DNA from: an uncultured Nitrosopumilaceae archaeon
GTDB taxonomy: Archaea; Thermoproteota; Nitrososphaeria; Nitrososphaerales; Nitrosopumilaceae
DNA length: 64,000 nt
Assembly (NCBI GenBank): GCA_964511485.1
Contig: CAZEFL010000001.1
Location: 14,259-78,258 of the forward strand
Direction: 5' to 3'
Both the position numbers and the translations under genes were made by a program. Below are positions 8,656-18,716 of the stretch, piece after piece. Below the pieces are notes generated by a model that had not been told where the DNA came from, did not search any database, and was given only the letters and a program-made list of their open reading frames with translations. Each line of letters opens with the position of its first letter. Within the stretch, counting starts at the first letter, position 1.

Positions 8656-9264
8656 TTAAAGAGTTGTTGGATTAATTTGGATGCCTTCAACCTTTGAAAC
8701 CCCTTTTTCAGTAATTGAATAAGTATATGGTTTGGATTCAGTATTTCTTTGAACATATCCGTCCTCAAATAATTTCTTCATTAATCTTGAAGTATGCTCT
8801 CTACTCTTTTTTAATGTGATTTGTATGTCACGCGATGTCATAGCTTTGTTTGTGATTAGATGTAACACGTGATTAGTTGGGTTTGAGTACCCAACATTTG
8901 ATATCTCAGGCTCTAAAACTGTTTTTTCAACTATAACTTCAGGTTGAATTATTTCTTCTGCAGACTGTTTAGTTTGAATTTGATTTTTTGCTAGTTTTTC
9001 TAAAAACTGCTTCAACTCTAGATTAGGATCCTCAACTTTTTGTTCACTTCCTTGAATTTCTATAGCATCTAGGCGTATTTTCATATCAATTAACTGTCTT
9101 TCATAGTATTCTAGACGCTCTAATTGTGAAACATCTGTCATTTCATTTTTAGATTTAATGAGTGGTTTTATTTTGAAGTAGGCATATAATCCACCCAAAC
9201 CTATCAAAAATGCAGCAATCACACCTAAAATAACTTCAGGTTCAGGAATTTCTACTAACATCAC
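8656..9264 (-). CDS. Membrane-anchored coiled-coil / MarR-like winged-helix protein
   Basis: N-terminal TM (VILGVIAAFLIGLGGLYAYF), coiled coil (LERLEYYERQLIDMKIRLDAIE), acidic linker, wHTH (MTSRDIQITLKKSREHTSRLMKKLFEDGYVQR..YTYSITEKG). Confidence 0.85.
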   Translation of the reverse strand: MMLVEIPEPEVILGVIAAFLIGLGGLYAYFKIKPLIKSKNEMTDVSQLERLEYYERQLIDMKIRLDAIEIQGSEQKVEDPNLELKQFLEKLAKNQIQTKQSAEEIIQPEVIVEKTVLEPEISNVGYSNPTNHVLHLITNKAMTSRDIQITLKKSREHTSRLMKKLFEDGYVQRNTESKPYTYSITEKGVSKVEGIQINPTTL

Positions 9265-9509
9265 AGATTTTATGCCTGCATTGTGATTTATTGTGATTGA
9301 ACAACATTTTTTTACACTTTAGATTAACAATCTCACATTTGTTATCACAAACATTTCATTTTAAATAACATCATCATAATCATATTTGTCACATATTACA
9401 CGACTGACGTACAAGCCTATCTATCACATTAATCACTTCCTCTTCTCTTTCTGGGAAAATATCACTATCATTAATCACACTAATCTGTTCAGATAGTTTT
9501 GATATCACA
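9218..9509. repeat. Dispersed ATCACA/TGTGAT motif cluster
   Basis: Exact hexamers at 9218, 9260, 9282, 9292, 9344, 9423, 9474, 9504; variants at 9332, 9388, 9432, 9461. Confidence 0.8.
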
Positions 9510-9751
9510 TCAATATCATCAGGCAAAAGGATGCCTAAACCACGAAAAAGAATGATTGTATAGTATAATCCTATTAATTTCTCTCTAGACTGTCCAACTT
9601 GTCTATAATACGCACCTTTTGAAATAGAAAACTTTGATTCTTGAATATCCTTCTGATTTAAAATAATTTCAATTTGTCGGTCTGTAAACAATGATTTTTT
9701 GATGATTTTAGTAATAATCTTGTTAAATTTTGATTCTTCAAACCCTGACAT
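9389..9751 (-). CDS. Hypothetical protein, Tfx-like/HTH-like
   Basis: SLFTDRQIEII...ISKGAYYRQVGQSREK resembles Tfx/sigma region-4 HTH proteins. Confidence 0.6.
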   Translation of the reverse strand: MSGFEESKFNKIITKIIKKSLFTDRQIEIILNQKDIQESKFSISKGAYYRQVGQSREKLIGLYYTIILFRGLGILLPDDIDVISKLSEQISVINDSDIFPEREEEVINVIDRLVRQSCNM

Positions 9752-9816
9752 AGCTATACAAATCTGTATGCACTTATTCCAATTAAACTTTAAAGAGCCA
9801 CCTACAAACTTACTTT

Positions 9817-10569
9817 ATGGTTGAAAATAAAGTTGAATCATTTTTAAAATCAGAATTAAAAAAGAAAAATGCATTATTGTTTGTTTTAATTGATTCTGAA
9901 GTATCAAATTTAGAAACATCTAACAAACTAGCCAAAGATGTTGAGAAAATTGGAGCTTCAGCAATTTTAGTTGGAGGTTCTTCTGCAACTGATCAAATCG
10001 AAATGGCTCAAGTAGTAAAGGGTATCAAAAAAGGTATTAAAATTCCAATAATTTTGTTTCCAGGAAACGTAACCGGTGTTGTTCCTGACGCTGATGCAAT
10101 TTTGTTTAGTTCATTAATGAATTCTGAGAACCCATATTTTATCACACAAGCACAAGCATTAGGTGCTCCAAGTGTTTTGAAATTTGGATTAGAACCACTT
10201 CCAACTGCTTATTTAGTTATTGGAGAAGGAACATCTGCTTGGTTTGTAGGTGCAGCCCGTGGAATTCCATTTGAGAAACCAAAAATTGCAGCAGCATACT
10301 CTCTTGCAGCACAATTTCTTGGAATGAGGTTTGTATATCTAGAAGCAGGTTCTGGTGCAAAAACCAATGTTACTCCAGAAATGGTTCAAACCGTTAGACA
10401 CGCATTTAATGGATTTTTAATAGTTGGTGGTGGCATCAAAGATGTAAAAACAGCTCAAAGTTTAGTAAAAGCTGGCGCTGACGCTCTAGTAATTGGTACT
10501 TTTCTTGAGAAGGGAGGAAGTATCAAAAAACTAGAAGAAATAGCAAAAGCAATTCAAAGAAGCAAGTAA
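9817..10569 (+). CDS. Geranylgeranylglyceryl phosphate synthase
   Basis: ILVGGS, ILFPG, ADAILFSSLMNS, YLEAGSGA and IVGGGI motifs of the GGGP/HepGP synthase family. Confidence 0.95.
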   Translation: MVENKVESFLKSELKKKNALLFVLIDSEVSNLETSNKLAKDVEKIGASAILVGGSSATDQIEMAQVVKGIKKGIKIPIILFPGNVTGVVPDADAILFSSLMNSENPYFITQAQALGAPSVLKFGLEPLPTAYLVIGEGTSAWFVGAARGIPFEKPKIAAAYSLAAQFLGMRFVYLEAGSGAKTNVTPEMVQTVRHAFNGFLIVGGGIKDVKTAQSLVKAGADALVIGTFLEKGGSIKKLEEIAKAIQRSK

Positions 10570-10581
10570 TAATATTGTATT

Positions 10582-13500
10582 ATGTCTGAAAATGACGCAA
10601 TTTCTCGAATTAAGGATATTAAGATGCCTGATTATTATTTTAATTATTATTCAAACCTCTCAAACAATACAACTATAATTTTTGAAAGTGCCGCATCTGC
10701 AAAAGCAACTTTATTTGATTCATCAGCCATAATTGAACCTAAAATTGCATTTGATTTGGCAGATCGAGTTGCAAAAATGCATGATATTGATATTGCTGAA
10801 CCGCTAAGAAAATTATTAAAAATTCATGGGAAAGAACTTTCTGCCTTAATACTTTCCAAAGAATTAGCTTTAGGAAAATATGCTCTTCCAGACGCTTCCT
10901 TGGAAGATAAACTAGATCTTGCAGTTCGTGTGGGATTGGCAATTGTTACTGAGGGAGTAACAATTGCTCCTCTACAAGGAATAAGTGAAGTTAAAATAAA
11001 AAAAAACAAAGATGGGACTGAATATCTTTCAGTTTCAATTGCAGGACCAATGCGTTCGGCGGGTGGAACTGAATCTGCAGTTACTATGTTAATTGCAGAT
11101 CATGTGAGAAAAGCAGTTGGTCTAACAAAATTTCAAGCCAATTCATTTGATGATGAAACAGGTAGATTTGTAGAGGAATTGAGAATTTATGAAAGGGAGG
11201 CTAGTAGTTTTCAATTTCATATTTTAGATGAAGATATTGAACATGTTATTTCCCATCTTCCAGTTGAATTGGATGGTGTTGACACTGATCCATATGAAGT
11301 TGTAAATCACAAAGGAATGGTTCGTATCCAAACTAATAGAGTTAGAGGTGGCGCTTTACGTGTATTAAATGATGGATTGATTGGAAGATCCAAAAAACTT
11401 CTCAAAAGAATTGAAATGTATAATCTTGATGGTTGGGAATGGCTAAATGATTTGAAAGGAGCTGTTCAAACAGGAGACAATCAAGAAGATGCTGCTGCTA
11501 AAAGAATGCGTGAAGTAATTACTGGCCGTTCAGTTCTATCAATGCCTAACAAATTAGGTGGATTTCGGTTAAGATATGGAAGAGCATGTAATACTGGTTT
11601 TGCAGCTGTTGGGATACATCCTGTAATCGGAGAAATTCTTGATCATACTATTGTCGTAGGCACTCAAATCAAAATTGATCTTCCAGGAAAAGGAGCAACA
11701 GTTGCATTTGTTGATTCAATTGATACTCCAACAGTTCGTCTGAATAACGGGAATGTTGTAAAAATTAGGGATGTAAAACATGGATTAGAAATTAAAAATG
11801 AAATTGAAAAAATACTTCATTTAGGAGATATTTTAATCACTTTTGGAGATTTTCTTGAAAACAACGCCCAACTCATTCCATCTGGATATGTTGATGAATT
11901 TTGGATTGAAGAATTAAAACGAAAAATCGAAAAACATAAGCCTGAAGATCAACTTCTAAATCAATTTTTGAGCAAAACACCATCCATTGATGATGCAATA
12001 AAAATTTCTCTTGATTTCCAAATACCACTACACCCACAATATCTGTATTTTTGGGATATGATATCTTCTAAAGAACTCAGTAAACTTTTGGAACCAAAAA
12101 ATGTTAACGAAACATCCATTGAATATCCAGTTGAATCTAAAAAAATTCTTGAAAAATTGGGTACTCCTCATAAAATCGATAATGGAGTTATAATTTTAGA
12201 AGAACAAGAAACTAAAATTTTCTATAATCTTTTGTTTAGGGAAAAACCAATTATTAATGATCAATCAGTTCCAAAAATTCTATCAAAATCATCTGGAATT
12301 GAGATTAGAAACAAATTTTCAACATCAATTGGTGTTAGAATTGGAAGACCTGAAAAAGCAGCACCAAGACAAATGAAACCTCCATCTCATATTCTATTTC
12401 CTGTAAGTGATAAAGGAGGCCCTACTAGAGATTTACTAAAAGCATCAAGAAACGAACATTTTTTTGCCAAAATTTTCAACAGATATTGTAATCAATGTGA
12501 TGAATCATCTATTGGAATAAAGTGTTTAAAATGTGGCACAAAAACTGTAATTACTTACAGGTGTTTTTACTGTAGAGATATTCTACAAGAACCATTTTGT
12601 GAAAAATGTAAACGTAAAGCACCATCATTTTCGGAAAAAAAATTCCCACTAAAAGAAAAATTACGTTCAGCTCAAGAAAAAATGGGATTTCGTGCTAAAG
12701 AACCATTTAAGGGAGTTAAGGAACTTATCAGCCAAGACAAGATTGCAGAACCTCTCGAAAAAGGACTTGTACGACAAAATTTTGGTTTAACCGTTTTCAA
12801 AGATGGAACTGTAAGATTTGATGCGACAAATTCTCCACTTACTCAATTCAAACCATCATGGATTGGAACATCAATAAAAAAACTAAAGGAATTAGGTTAT
12901 TCTTATGACATTAAAGGAAAACCAATTGAAAACCAAAATCAAGTAATTGAACTTCGTATGCAGGACGTGATAATTCCATATGAAAGTGGGAAATATCTTG
13001 TTTCAACTTGTAAATACATTGATGTTCTGTTAAAGAATTTTTATGGAAAATCTTCATTTTATAACGTTAAGAATATTGAAGATCTTATTGGTCATTTAGT
13101 AATTGGTCTAGCTCCCCATACTTCAGTAGGAATTGTAGGACGAATTATTGGATATACTGAAACTCATGTTTGTTTTGCAACTCCAAATTGGCACTCAGCA
13201 AAAAGAAGAGATGCAGATGGTGATGCAGATTCAATCATGCTTTTAATGGATAGTCTTCTAAATTTCTCAAGACAATTTCTTTCAGATCGAATTGGTGGAT
13301 TAATGGATGCACCGTTACTTGTCCAACCCTTAGTATTACCACATGAATCTCAACCTCAAGCACATAATCTTGAGGTTACACAACAACTTCCTCTAGAATT
13401 CTTTGAATCTACCCTTCAATCAGAAAAGGCATCAAATGTGAAATCTGTAGAAATTGTAGAATCACGAATTGAAACTGAAAGACAATTTTATGATTATTTC

Positions 13501-13959
13501 TTTACTCATGAAACTTCTTCATTAACTACTTCAAAATCACGTAGTGCATATTCCACACTTGGTTCAATGCTTGACAAATTTGATATGCAAGTAAAAAATG
13601 CTGAATTAATTGACGTAGTAGATACATCAGAAATTGTTTCAAATGTAATCTCCACACACCTTGTTCCTGATTTAATGGGAAATCTAAGAGCATATGCCAG
13701 ACAGAGTTTTAGATGTACCAGTTGTGGGAAATCATATCGTAGAATGCCTCTTATTCAAACTTGTACTTGTTCTCACAAACTAATTCCTACAATAACTAGA
13801 GGTTCTGTAGAAAAATATCTAAAACTTGCGAAAAGACTTGTTGAAAAATATGATGTTGGTGAATATCAAAGAGGAAGAATACATGCACTCTCTGATGAGA
13901 TAGAATTAGTATTTGGTAAAAGTAAGGGAGACCAACAACTTCTAACTGATTATTCCTAA
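10582..13959 (+). CDS. polD2: DNA polymerase D large subunit DP2
   Basis: AGPMRSAGGT, GFRLRYGR, GRPEKA, catalytic KRRDADGDAD, Zn fingers; no intein seen. Confidence 0.97.
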   Translation: MSENDAISRIKDIKMPDYYFNYYSNLSNNTTIIFESAASAKATLFDSSAIIEPKIAFDLADRVAKMHDIDIAEPLRKLLKIHGKELSALILSKELALGKYALPDASLEDKLDLAVRVGLAIVTEGVTIAPLQGISEVKIKKNKDGTEYLSVSIAGPMRSAGGTESAVTMLIADHVRKAVGLTKFQANSFDDETGRFVEELRIYEREASSFQFHILDEDIEHVISHLPVELDGVDTDPYEVVNHKGMVRIQTNRVRGGALRVLNDGLIGRSKKLLKRIEMYNLDGWEWLNDLKGAVQTGDNQEDAAAKRMREVITGRSVLSMPNKLGGFRLRYGRACNTGFAAVGIHPVIGEILDHTIVVGTQIKIDLPGKGATVAFVDSIDTPTVRLNNGNVVKIRDVKHGLEIKNEIEKILHLGDILITFGDFLENNAQLIPSGYVDEFWIEELKRKIEKHKPEDQLLNQFLSKTPSIDDAIKISLDFQIPLHPQYLYFWDMISSKELSKLLEPKNVNETSIEYPVESKKILEKLGTPHKIDNGVIILEEQETKIFYNLLFREKPIINDQSVPKILSKSSGIEIRNKFSTSIGVRIGRPEKAAPRQMKPPSHILFPVSDKGGPTRDLLKASRNEHFFAKIFNRYCNQCDESSIGIKCLKCGTKTVITYRCFYCRDILQEPFCEKCKRKAPSFSEKKFPLKEKLRSAQEKMGFRAKEPFKGVKELISQDKIAEPLEKGLVRQNFGLTVFKDGTVRFDATNSPLTQFKPSWIGTSIKKLKELGYSYDIKGKPIENQNQVIELRMQDVIIPYESGKYLVSTCKYIDVLLKNFYGKSSFYNVKNIEDLIGHLVIGLAPHTSVGIVGRIIGYTETHVCFATPNWHSAKRRDADGDADSIMLLMDSLLNFSRQFLSDRIGGLMDAPLLVQPLVLPHESQPQAHNLEVTQQLPLEFFESTLQSEKASNVKSVEIVESRIETERQFYDYFFTHETSSLTTSKSRSAYSTLGSMLDKFDMQVKNAELIDVVDTSEIVSNVISTHLVPDLMGNLRAYARQSFRCTSCGKSYRRMPLIQTCTCSHKLIPTITRGSVEKYLKLAKRLVEKYDVGEYQRGRIHALSDEIELVFGKSKGDQQLLTDYS

Positions 13960-13962
13960 AAA

Positions 13963-15285
13963 TTACCTTAGTTTGACGTATTCGTAAGCACTTAATTTAT
14001 TATCAAAACAGAATTTCACTTTTTGATAATCTTTTCTTAATGATTTCACTTTTGATAGAATCTTCTTTGGGTCCTTTTTGTCAATTACAACTTGTTTAAT
14101 GAAAGAAGCAATTTCTATCATTTCAGATTTCTTCATTCCAAGCCGAGTAATTTCTGAAACTCCTAATCTTATTCCTCCTGGATGGAAATAATTTCTTCCA
14201 GCCTTAATATCGCCAGGAATTAGTTGTCTATTTACAATAATGTTAGCTTTTTCCAAATCAGCTTCAACTTTACCTCCATCAGAATAATCTAAAACATTAA
14301 CTGCAATTTGATGTGATTGTGTAAATCCTCTACTTTCTCCTAATACTTTGAATCCCATATCACTCAAAGCATCAGCTAATAACTTTGCATTTTTTATTAC
14401 TTCTAAAGCATAATCTTTTCCATATTCTAGAGCTTCTGCAAAAGCAACTGCTTTTCCTGCCATATGATGAATATGATGACTACTTGTTAGACCTGGGAAT
14501 GTTGCTTTTTTAATTACCTCTTCATGTTCTTTTGAACCTAAAACAAGTCCACCTTGTGGTCCAAACAATGTTTTATGAGTACTCATTGTCATTGTATCTG
14601 CACCTTCACGTAAAGGATCTTGGAACTTTCCTCCTGCAATTAATCCTGCAACATGTGCTGCATCATAATTAATATGCATATCATAACTTTTTAGAAAATC
14701 TGATAACTCTTTGACAGGATGTGGAAACAAGAACAATGAACCACCAAACATTGCCATCTTTGGAAGACGATTTACTTTTTTTAATTCCTTAATTTTTTGT
14801 TTAGTTTTGTCTATATCAATTGTCATTTCTTGAGCGTCAAATGGGTAAAATTCAATTTCTAATCCATGAACTAAACCAGCAGTCCCTGAATGCTCTTTTT
14901 TCCCATGAGAAATATGTCCACCTGCAGGAATAGAAGGTGCTAACATCACATCTCCTGGATTAGTAAAAGCAGAATACACAGCTAGATTTGCAACAACTCC
15001 AGAAATCGGACGTACATCAGCAAATTTTGCTTTGTATAATTTTTTAGCTAATTTCATACATTCAAACTCTACATCATCAATGTAGACACATCCAGCATAC
15101 ACCCTTTCTCCAGGCCAACCTTCGGCGTATCTATTACCAAAATCAGAAATTATTGCTTCACGGACAGCTGGACTAGGAACATTTTCACTGGCAATTAATG
15201 GAATTGAATTTTCAAACCATTTGTGATGATCTTTTAATTTTCTAAAAATATTATTGTAAGCTTCCTTATTTTGTGATTTTACCAT
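13963..15285 (-). CDS. glyA: Serine hydroxymethyltransferase
   Basis: LIASEN, RYAEGWPG, DAAH, PLP-lysine motif STHKTLFGPQGG. Confidence 0.97.
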   Translation of the reverse strand: MVKSQNKEAYNNIFRKLKDHHKWFENSIPLIASENVPSPAVREAIISDFGNRYAEGWPGERVYAGCVYIDDVEFECMKLAKKLYKAKFADVRPISGVVANLAVYSAFTNPGDVMLAPSIPAGGHISHGKKEHSGTAGLVHGLEIEFYPFDAQEMTIDIDKTKQKIKELKKVNRLPKMAMFGGSLFLFPHPVKELSDFLKSYDMHINYDAAHVAGLIAGGKFQDPLREGADTMTMSTHKTLFGPQGGLVLGSKEHEEVIKKATFPGLTSSHHIHHMAGKAVAFAEALEYGKDYALEVIKNAKLLADALSDMGFKVLGESRGFTQSHQIAVNVLDYSDGGKVEADLEKANIIVNRQLIPGDIKAGRNYFHPGGIRLGVSEITRLGMKKSEMIEIASFIKQVVIDKKDPKKILSKVKSLRKDYQKVKFCFDNKLSAYEYVKLR

Positions 15286-15389
15286 AATTTGAGACTAAAT
15301 TTTCCCAATTTAAAAACACCGATAATTTGAGAATATTCTCAATCATTGATCTGGAAGGTATAAAAGGGGAATCTGGAGTTTTTGCAACT

Positions 15390-17105
15390 ATGGGTATGCA
15401 AGCAACATCAAAGGGAAATATGCCTGTTGTTCTTCTTAAAGAAGGCGGATCAGAAACTAAAGGTCGTGATGCACAAAAAAATAACATTGCTGCCTGTAAA
15501 ATTGTTTCAGAAATTGTTCATACCAGTTTAGGTCCACGAGGAATGGATAAAATGCTTGTTGATTCACTAGGTGATGTTACTATTACAAATGATGGTGCAA
15601 CCATCTTAAAGGAAATTGATGTTCAACATCCAGCAGCAAAAATGCTTGTTGAAATTTCAAAAACTACAGATAATGAAGTAGGGGATGGAACAACCTCTGC
15701 AGTTGTTTTAGCAGGAGGTTTACTTGAACAAGCTGAATCATTAATTGATCAAGATGTTCATCCAACAATCATTGTTGATGGATATAGAAAATCTGCAAAA
15801 AAGGCAAAACAATTCCTTGAAAGTATTGCAGATAAAATTTCTGCAAATGACAGAAATATTCTTAATAAAATTGCAAAAACTTCAATGCAAACTAAACTTG
15901 TTAGAAAAGATTCTGATCAACTAGCAGAAATTGTTGTTAAATCCGTTCTTGCTGTTTCAGAAAGAGATACTGATAATTATAATGTGGATATTGATGACAT
16001 CAAAGTAGAAAAGAAAGCAGGAGGTTCTATCAAAGACTCTATGATTGTTCAGGGAATTGTTCTAGACAAAGAAATTGTTCATGGGGGTATGCCTAAGAAA
16101 ATTACTGATGCTAAAATTGCTTTAATTAATACTGCATTAGAAATCAGCAAGACTGAAACTGATGCTAAAATTAACATTTCAAATCCTCAACAACTAAAAT
16201 CATTTTTAGATGAAGAAAATAGAATGTTAAAAACAATGGTAGACAAAGTAATTGGCTCTGGTGCAAATGTAGTTCTTTGTCAAAAAGGACTTGATGATAT
16301 GGCACAACATTATCTGGCAAAAGCTGGAATTATTGCAGTTAGAAGAATTAAAGAAAGTGATCTTACAAAACTTGCAAAAGCAACAGGTGCTAGAATTGTA
16401 ACAAATTTGGATGATTTATTTGAGAAAGATCTTGGTAGTGCAGAACTTGTTGAAGAAAGAAAAATTGAAGAAGATAAATGGGTATTTGTAGAAGGATGCA
16501 AACATCCAAAATCTGTAACTTTACTTTTACGTGCAGGTTCTCAAAGAGTTGTAGATGAAGTTGAACGTTCTGTTCATGATGCACTTATGGTTGTAAAAGA
16601 TGTAATTGAAAAACCTGAAATCGTTGCAGGTGGAGGCGCCCCTGAAACTTTTGCTGCAACAAAACTTAGAAGTTGGGCAAAATCTCTTGAGGGAAGAGAA
16701 CAATTAGCTGCTGAAAAATTTGCTGATGCTTTAGAATCAATTCCATTAACTTTAGCTGAAAATGCTGGAATGGATCCAATTGACACACTAACAATTCTTC
16801 GTTCAAAACAACAAAAAGGAGAAAAATGGACTGGAATTGATGTAATGAAAGGCAAAATTGCAAATATGAAATCTAGTGATATTATTGAACCACTTGCAGT
16901 TAAACTCCAAATTGTGTCTGCATCTGCTGAAGCAGCATGTATGATTCTTAGAATTGATGATGTTATTGCTACCCAAAAATCTGGTGGTGGACCACCTGGT
17001 GGCGGGGAAGGGGGAATGCCACCTGGAATGGGTGGAATGCCACCTGGAATGGGTGGAATGCCACCTGGAATGGGTGGAATGCCTGATATGGGCGGAATGA
17101 TGTAA
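15390..17105 (+). CDS. Thermosome (group II chaperonin) subunit
   Basis: [27 protein letters not shown]-rich tail; start placed at ATG 15390 (MGMQATSKG) rather than 15327. Confidence 0.97.
   Translation: MGMQATSKGNMPVVLLKEGGSETKGRDAQKNNIAACKIVSEIVHTSLGPRGMDKMLVDSLGDVTITNDGATILKEIDVQHPAAKMLVEISKTTDNEVGDGTTSAVVLAGGLLEQAESLIDQDVHPTIIVDGYRKSAKKAKQFLESIADKISANDRNILNKIAKTSMQTKLVRKDSDQLAEIVVKSVLAVSERDTDNYNVDIDDIKVEKKAGGSIKDSMIVQGIVLDKEIVHGGMPKKITDAKIALINTALEISKTETDAKINISNPQQLKSFLDEENRMLKTMVDKVIGSGANVVLCQKGLDDMAQHYLAKAGIIAVRRIKESDLTKLAKATGARIVTNLDDLFEKDLGSAELVEERKIEEDKWVFVEGCKHPKSVTLLLRAGSQRVVDEVERSVHDALMVVKDVIEKPEIVAGGGAPETFAATKLRSWAKSLEGREQLAAEKFADALESIPLTLAENAGMDPIDTLTILRSKQQKGEKWTGIDVMKGKIANMKSSDIIEPLAVKLQIVSASAEAACMILRIDDVIATQKSGGGPPGGGEGGMPPGMGGMPPGMGGMPPGMGGMPDMGGMM
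17012..17083 (+). repeat. 21-bp coding tandem repeat in the thermosome tail (GMPPGMG x3)
   Basis: GGAATGCCACCTGGAATGGGT repeated three times plus a partial copy. Confidence 0.9.
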
Positions 17106-17200
17106 GTTATTCAAAAAAACTATTTTTAAAAAAATTAATTAATTTTTAGATTTATAGATGATATTTTTTTAATTTTATTCAAACTACTTTTAGAAATAAT

Positions 17201-18661
17201 CTAGACATCAAAATACAAATAAAATTCGTGAGGATGTGGTCTGATTGCAATCTCACGTTGATCTCTTCTTTCTAATTCTATTATTTTATCAATAACGTCA
17301 TTTGTGTAAATTGGAAGAAGGAATTTTCTATCACTCTCTAGTTCATCTAAGGCTTCACTAAGATTTCTTGGAAGAACCCCAATTCCTTTCTTAGCTCTAT
17401 CAGATTTTGTCATTTTGAAAATATCTTCACTAACTTGTTCTCCAGGATCCATTTTCTTTTTGACTCCATCCATTCCAGCAGCTGTTACTGCAGCAAATAC
17501 AAGATATGGATTTGATGAAGGATCAGGAGCTCTAAACTCTAATCTTTTAAGATGTGAATATTGTTTACCTGTTAGATGTTTAGGAACTCTTACAATAGCT
17601 GAACGATTTCCTGAACTCCATGCAATATATGCTGGAGCCTCATATCCTGGAACTAATCTATGATATGAATTGGTTGTAGGATTACAAATTGCAGATAATG
17701 CTTTTGCATGATTAATAATTCCACCACAGAAATATCTTCCAAGCTGGCTTAATTCAATTTCATCATCTGGATCATAAAATGCATTATTCTTTCCTTTCCA
17801 TAAACTAACATTTACGTGCATTCCAGAACCTGAATCCATTGCAATTGGTTTTGGCATCATTGTTGCAACTTTTCCATATTTTTGTGCAACATTTCTAATA
17901 ACATATTTGTAAGATTGTGCAGCGTCTGCAGCATTTGTCATATAATCATATTTAATATCAATCTCACATTGTCCTGCAGTTGCAACTTCATGATGGTGGT
18001 TATCACATAAAATTCCAAAATTCTTGTTAAGAATATTTACACATTCATTTCTATATGGTGTAAGAGTATCAGCCGGCGTACTTGGATAATATCCTTCTTG
18101 TAATCCCATTGGATATCCGTCACCATCATTACTCCATGGAGCCTCTTTTGATTCAATTGAATATGATTGTCCTTTGTATGGAGTTAGAACATCCCAATGT
18201 ACTTTATCAAAAACAAAAAATTCTACTTCTGGACCCCATGTACTAAAATCAAATCCTTGAGTTTTGACATATTTCTCAGCATTCTGAGCAATTCCTCTAG
18301 GATCTCTTGATAGTCTTCCTCTATTTTCTCCCCAATAAACATCACAGAGAAGTCTTGCTGTTTTATTTTCTGTTAACCAAGGAATTATTGCAAATGTATT
18401 AGGATCTGGTTTTAAGAGTAAATCTGAATCATCGATACTGGTAAATCCAATAATTGATGAACCGTCTAATTTTGGTAATCCATCACGCATTTGTTCAGGT
18501 GTAAAAGTATCAGCAGAAATTGTGGTATGATGAAAATGACCAGTTAATCCAGTAAATTGTAGATCAATGAATTGAATTCCTTCATGTTTAATTCTCGAGA
18601 ATACTTCGTCTGGTGAGTATGTAACTTGGATTGCTTCACCGTGACTTACTTTATAGGGCAA
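17201..18661 (-). CDS. glnA: Type I glutamine synthetase
   Basis: DGSSI, HHHEVATAGQCEI, MPKP..SGSGMH, NSYHRLVPGYEAP, RLEFRAPDP; likely TTG start at 18661. Confidence 0.97.
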   Translation of the reverse strand: MPYKVSHGEAIQVTYSPDEVFSRIKHEGIQFIDLQFTGLTGHFHHTTISADTFTPEQMRDGLPKLDGSSIIGFTSIDDSDLLLKPDPNTFAIIPWLTENKTARLLCDVYWGENRGRLSRDPRGIAQNAEKYVKTQGFDFSTWGPEVEFFVFDKVHWDVLTPYKGQSYSIESKEAPWSNDGDGYPMGLQEGYYPSTPADTLTPYRNECVNILNKNFGILCDNHHHEVATAGQCEIDIKYDYMTNAADAAQSYKYVIRNVAQKYGKVATMMPKPIAMDSGSGMHVNVSLWKGKNNAFYDPDDEIELSQLGRYFCGGIINHAKALSAICNPTTNSYHRLVPGYEAPAYIAWSSGNRSAIVRVPKHLTGKQYSHLKRLEFRAPDPSSNPYLVFAAVTAAGMDGVKKKMDPGEQVSEDIFKMTKSDRAKKGIGVLPRNLSEALDELESDRKFLLPIYTNDVIDKIIELERRDQREIAIRPHPHEFYLYFDV

Positions 18662-18716
18662 TTTTTGTACTTCAATCAAACACAAATACATCCAACATTT
18701 AAGGATTAGGTGAGAA

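Noticed and set aside
10582-13959. Intein or split in PolD DP2 (also checked in Cdc6)
   Set aside because: Lengths are normal and no intein N-/C-terminal or LAGLIDADG motifs were seen.
17012-17083. GC-rich 21-bp repeat and the antisense ORF 16803-17114 (HSTHSRW repeats)
   Set aside because: Explained by the ordinary GGM-rich chaperonin tail; the antisense ORF is its shadow.
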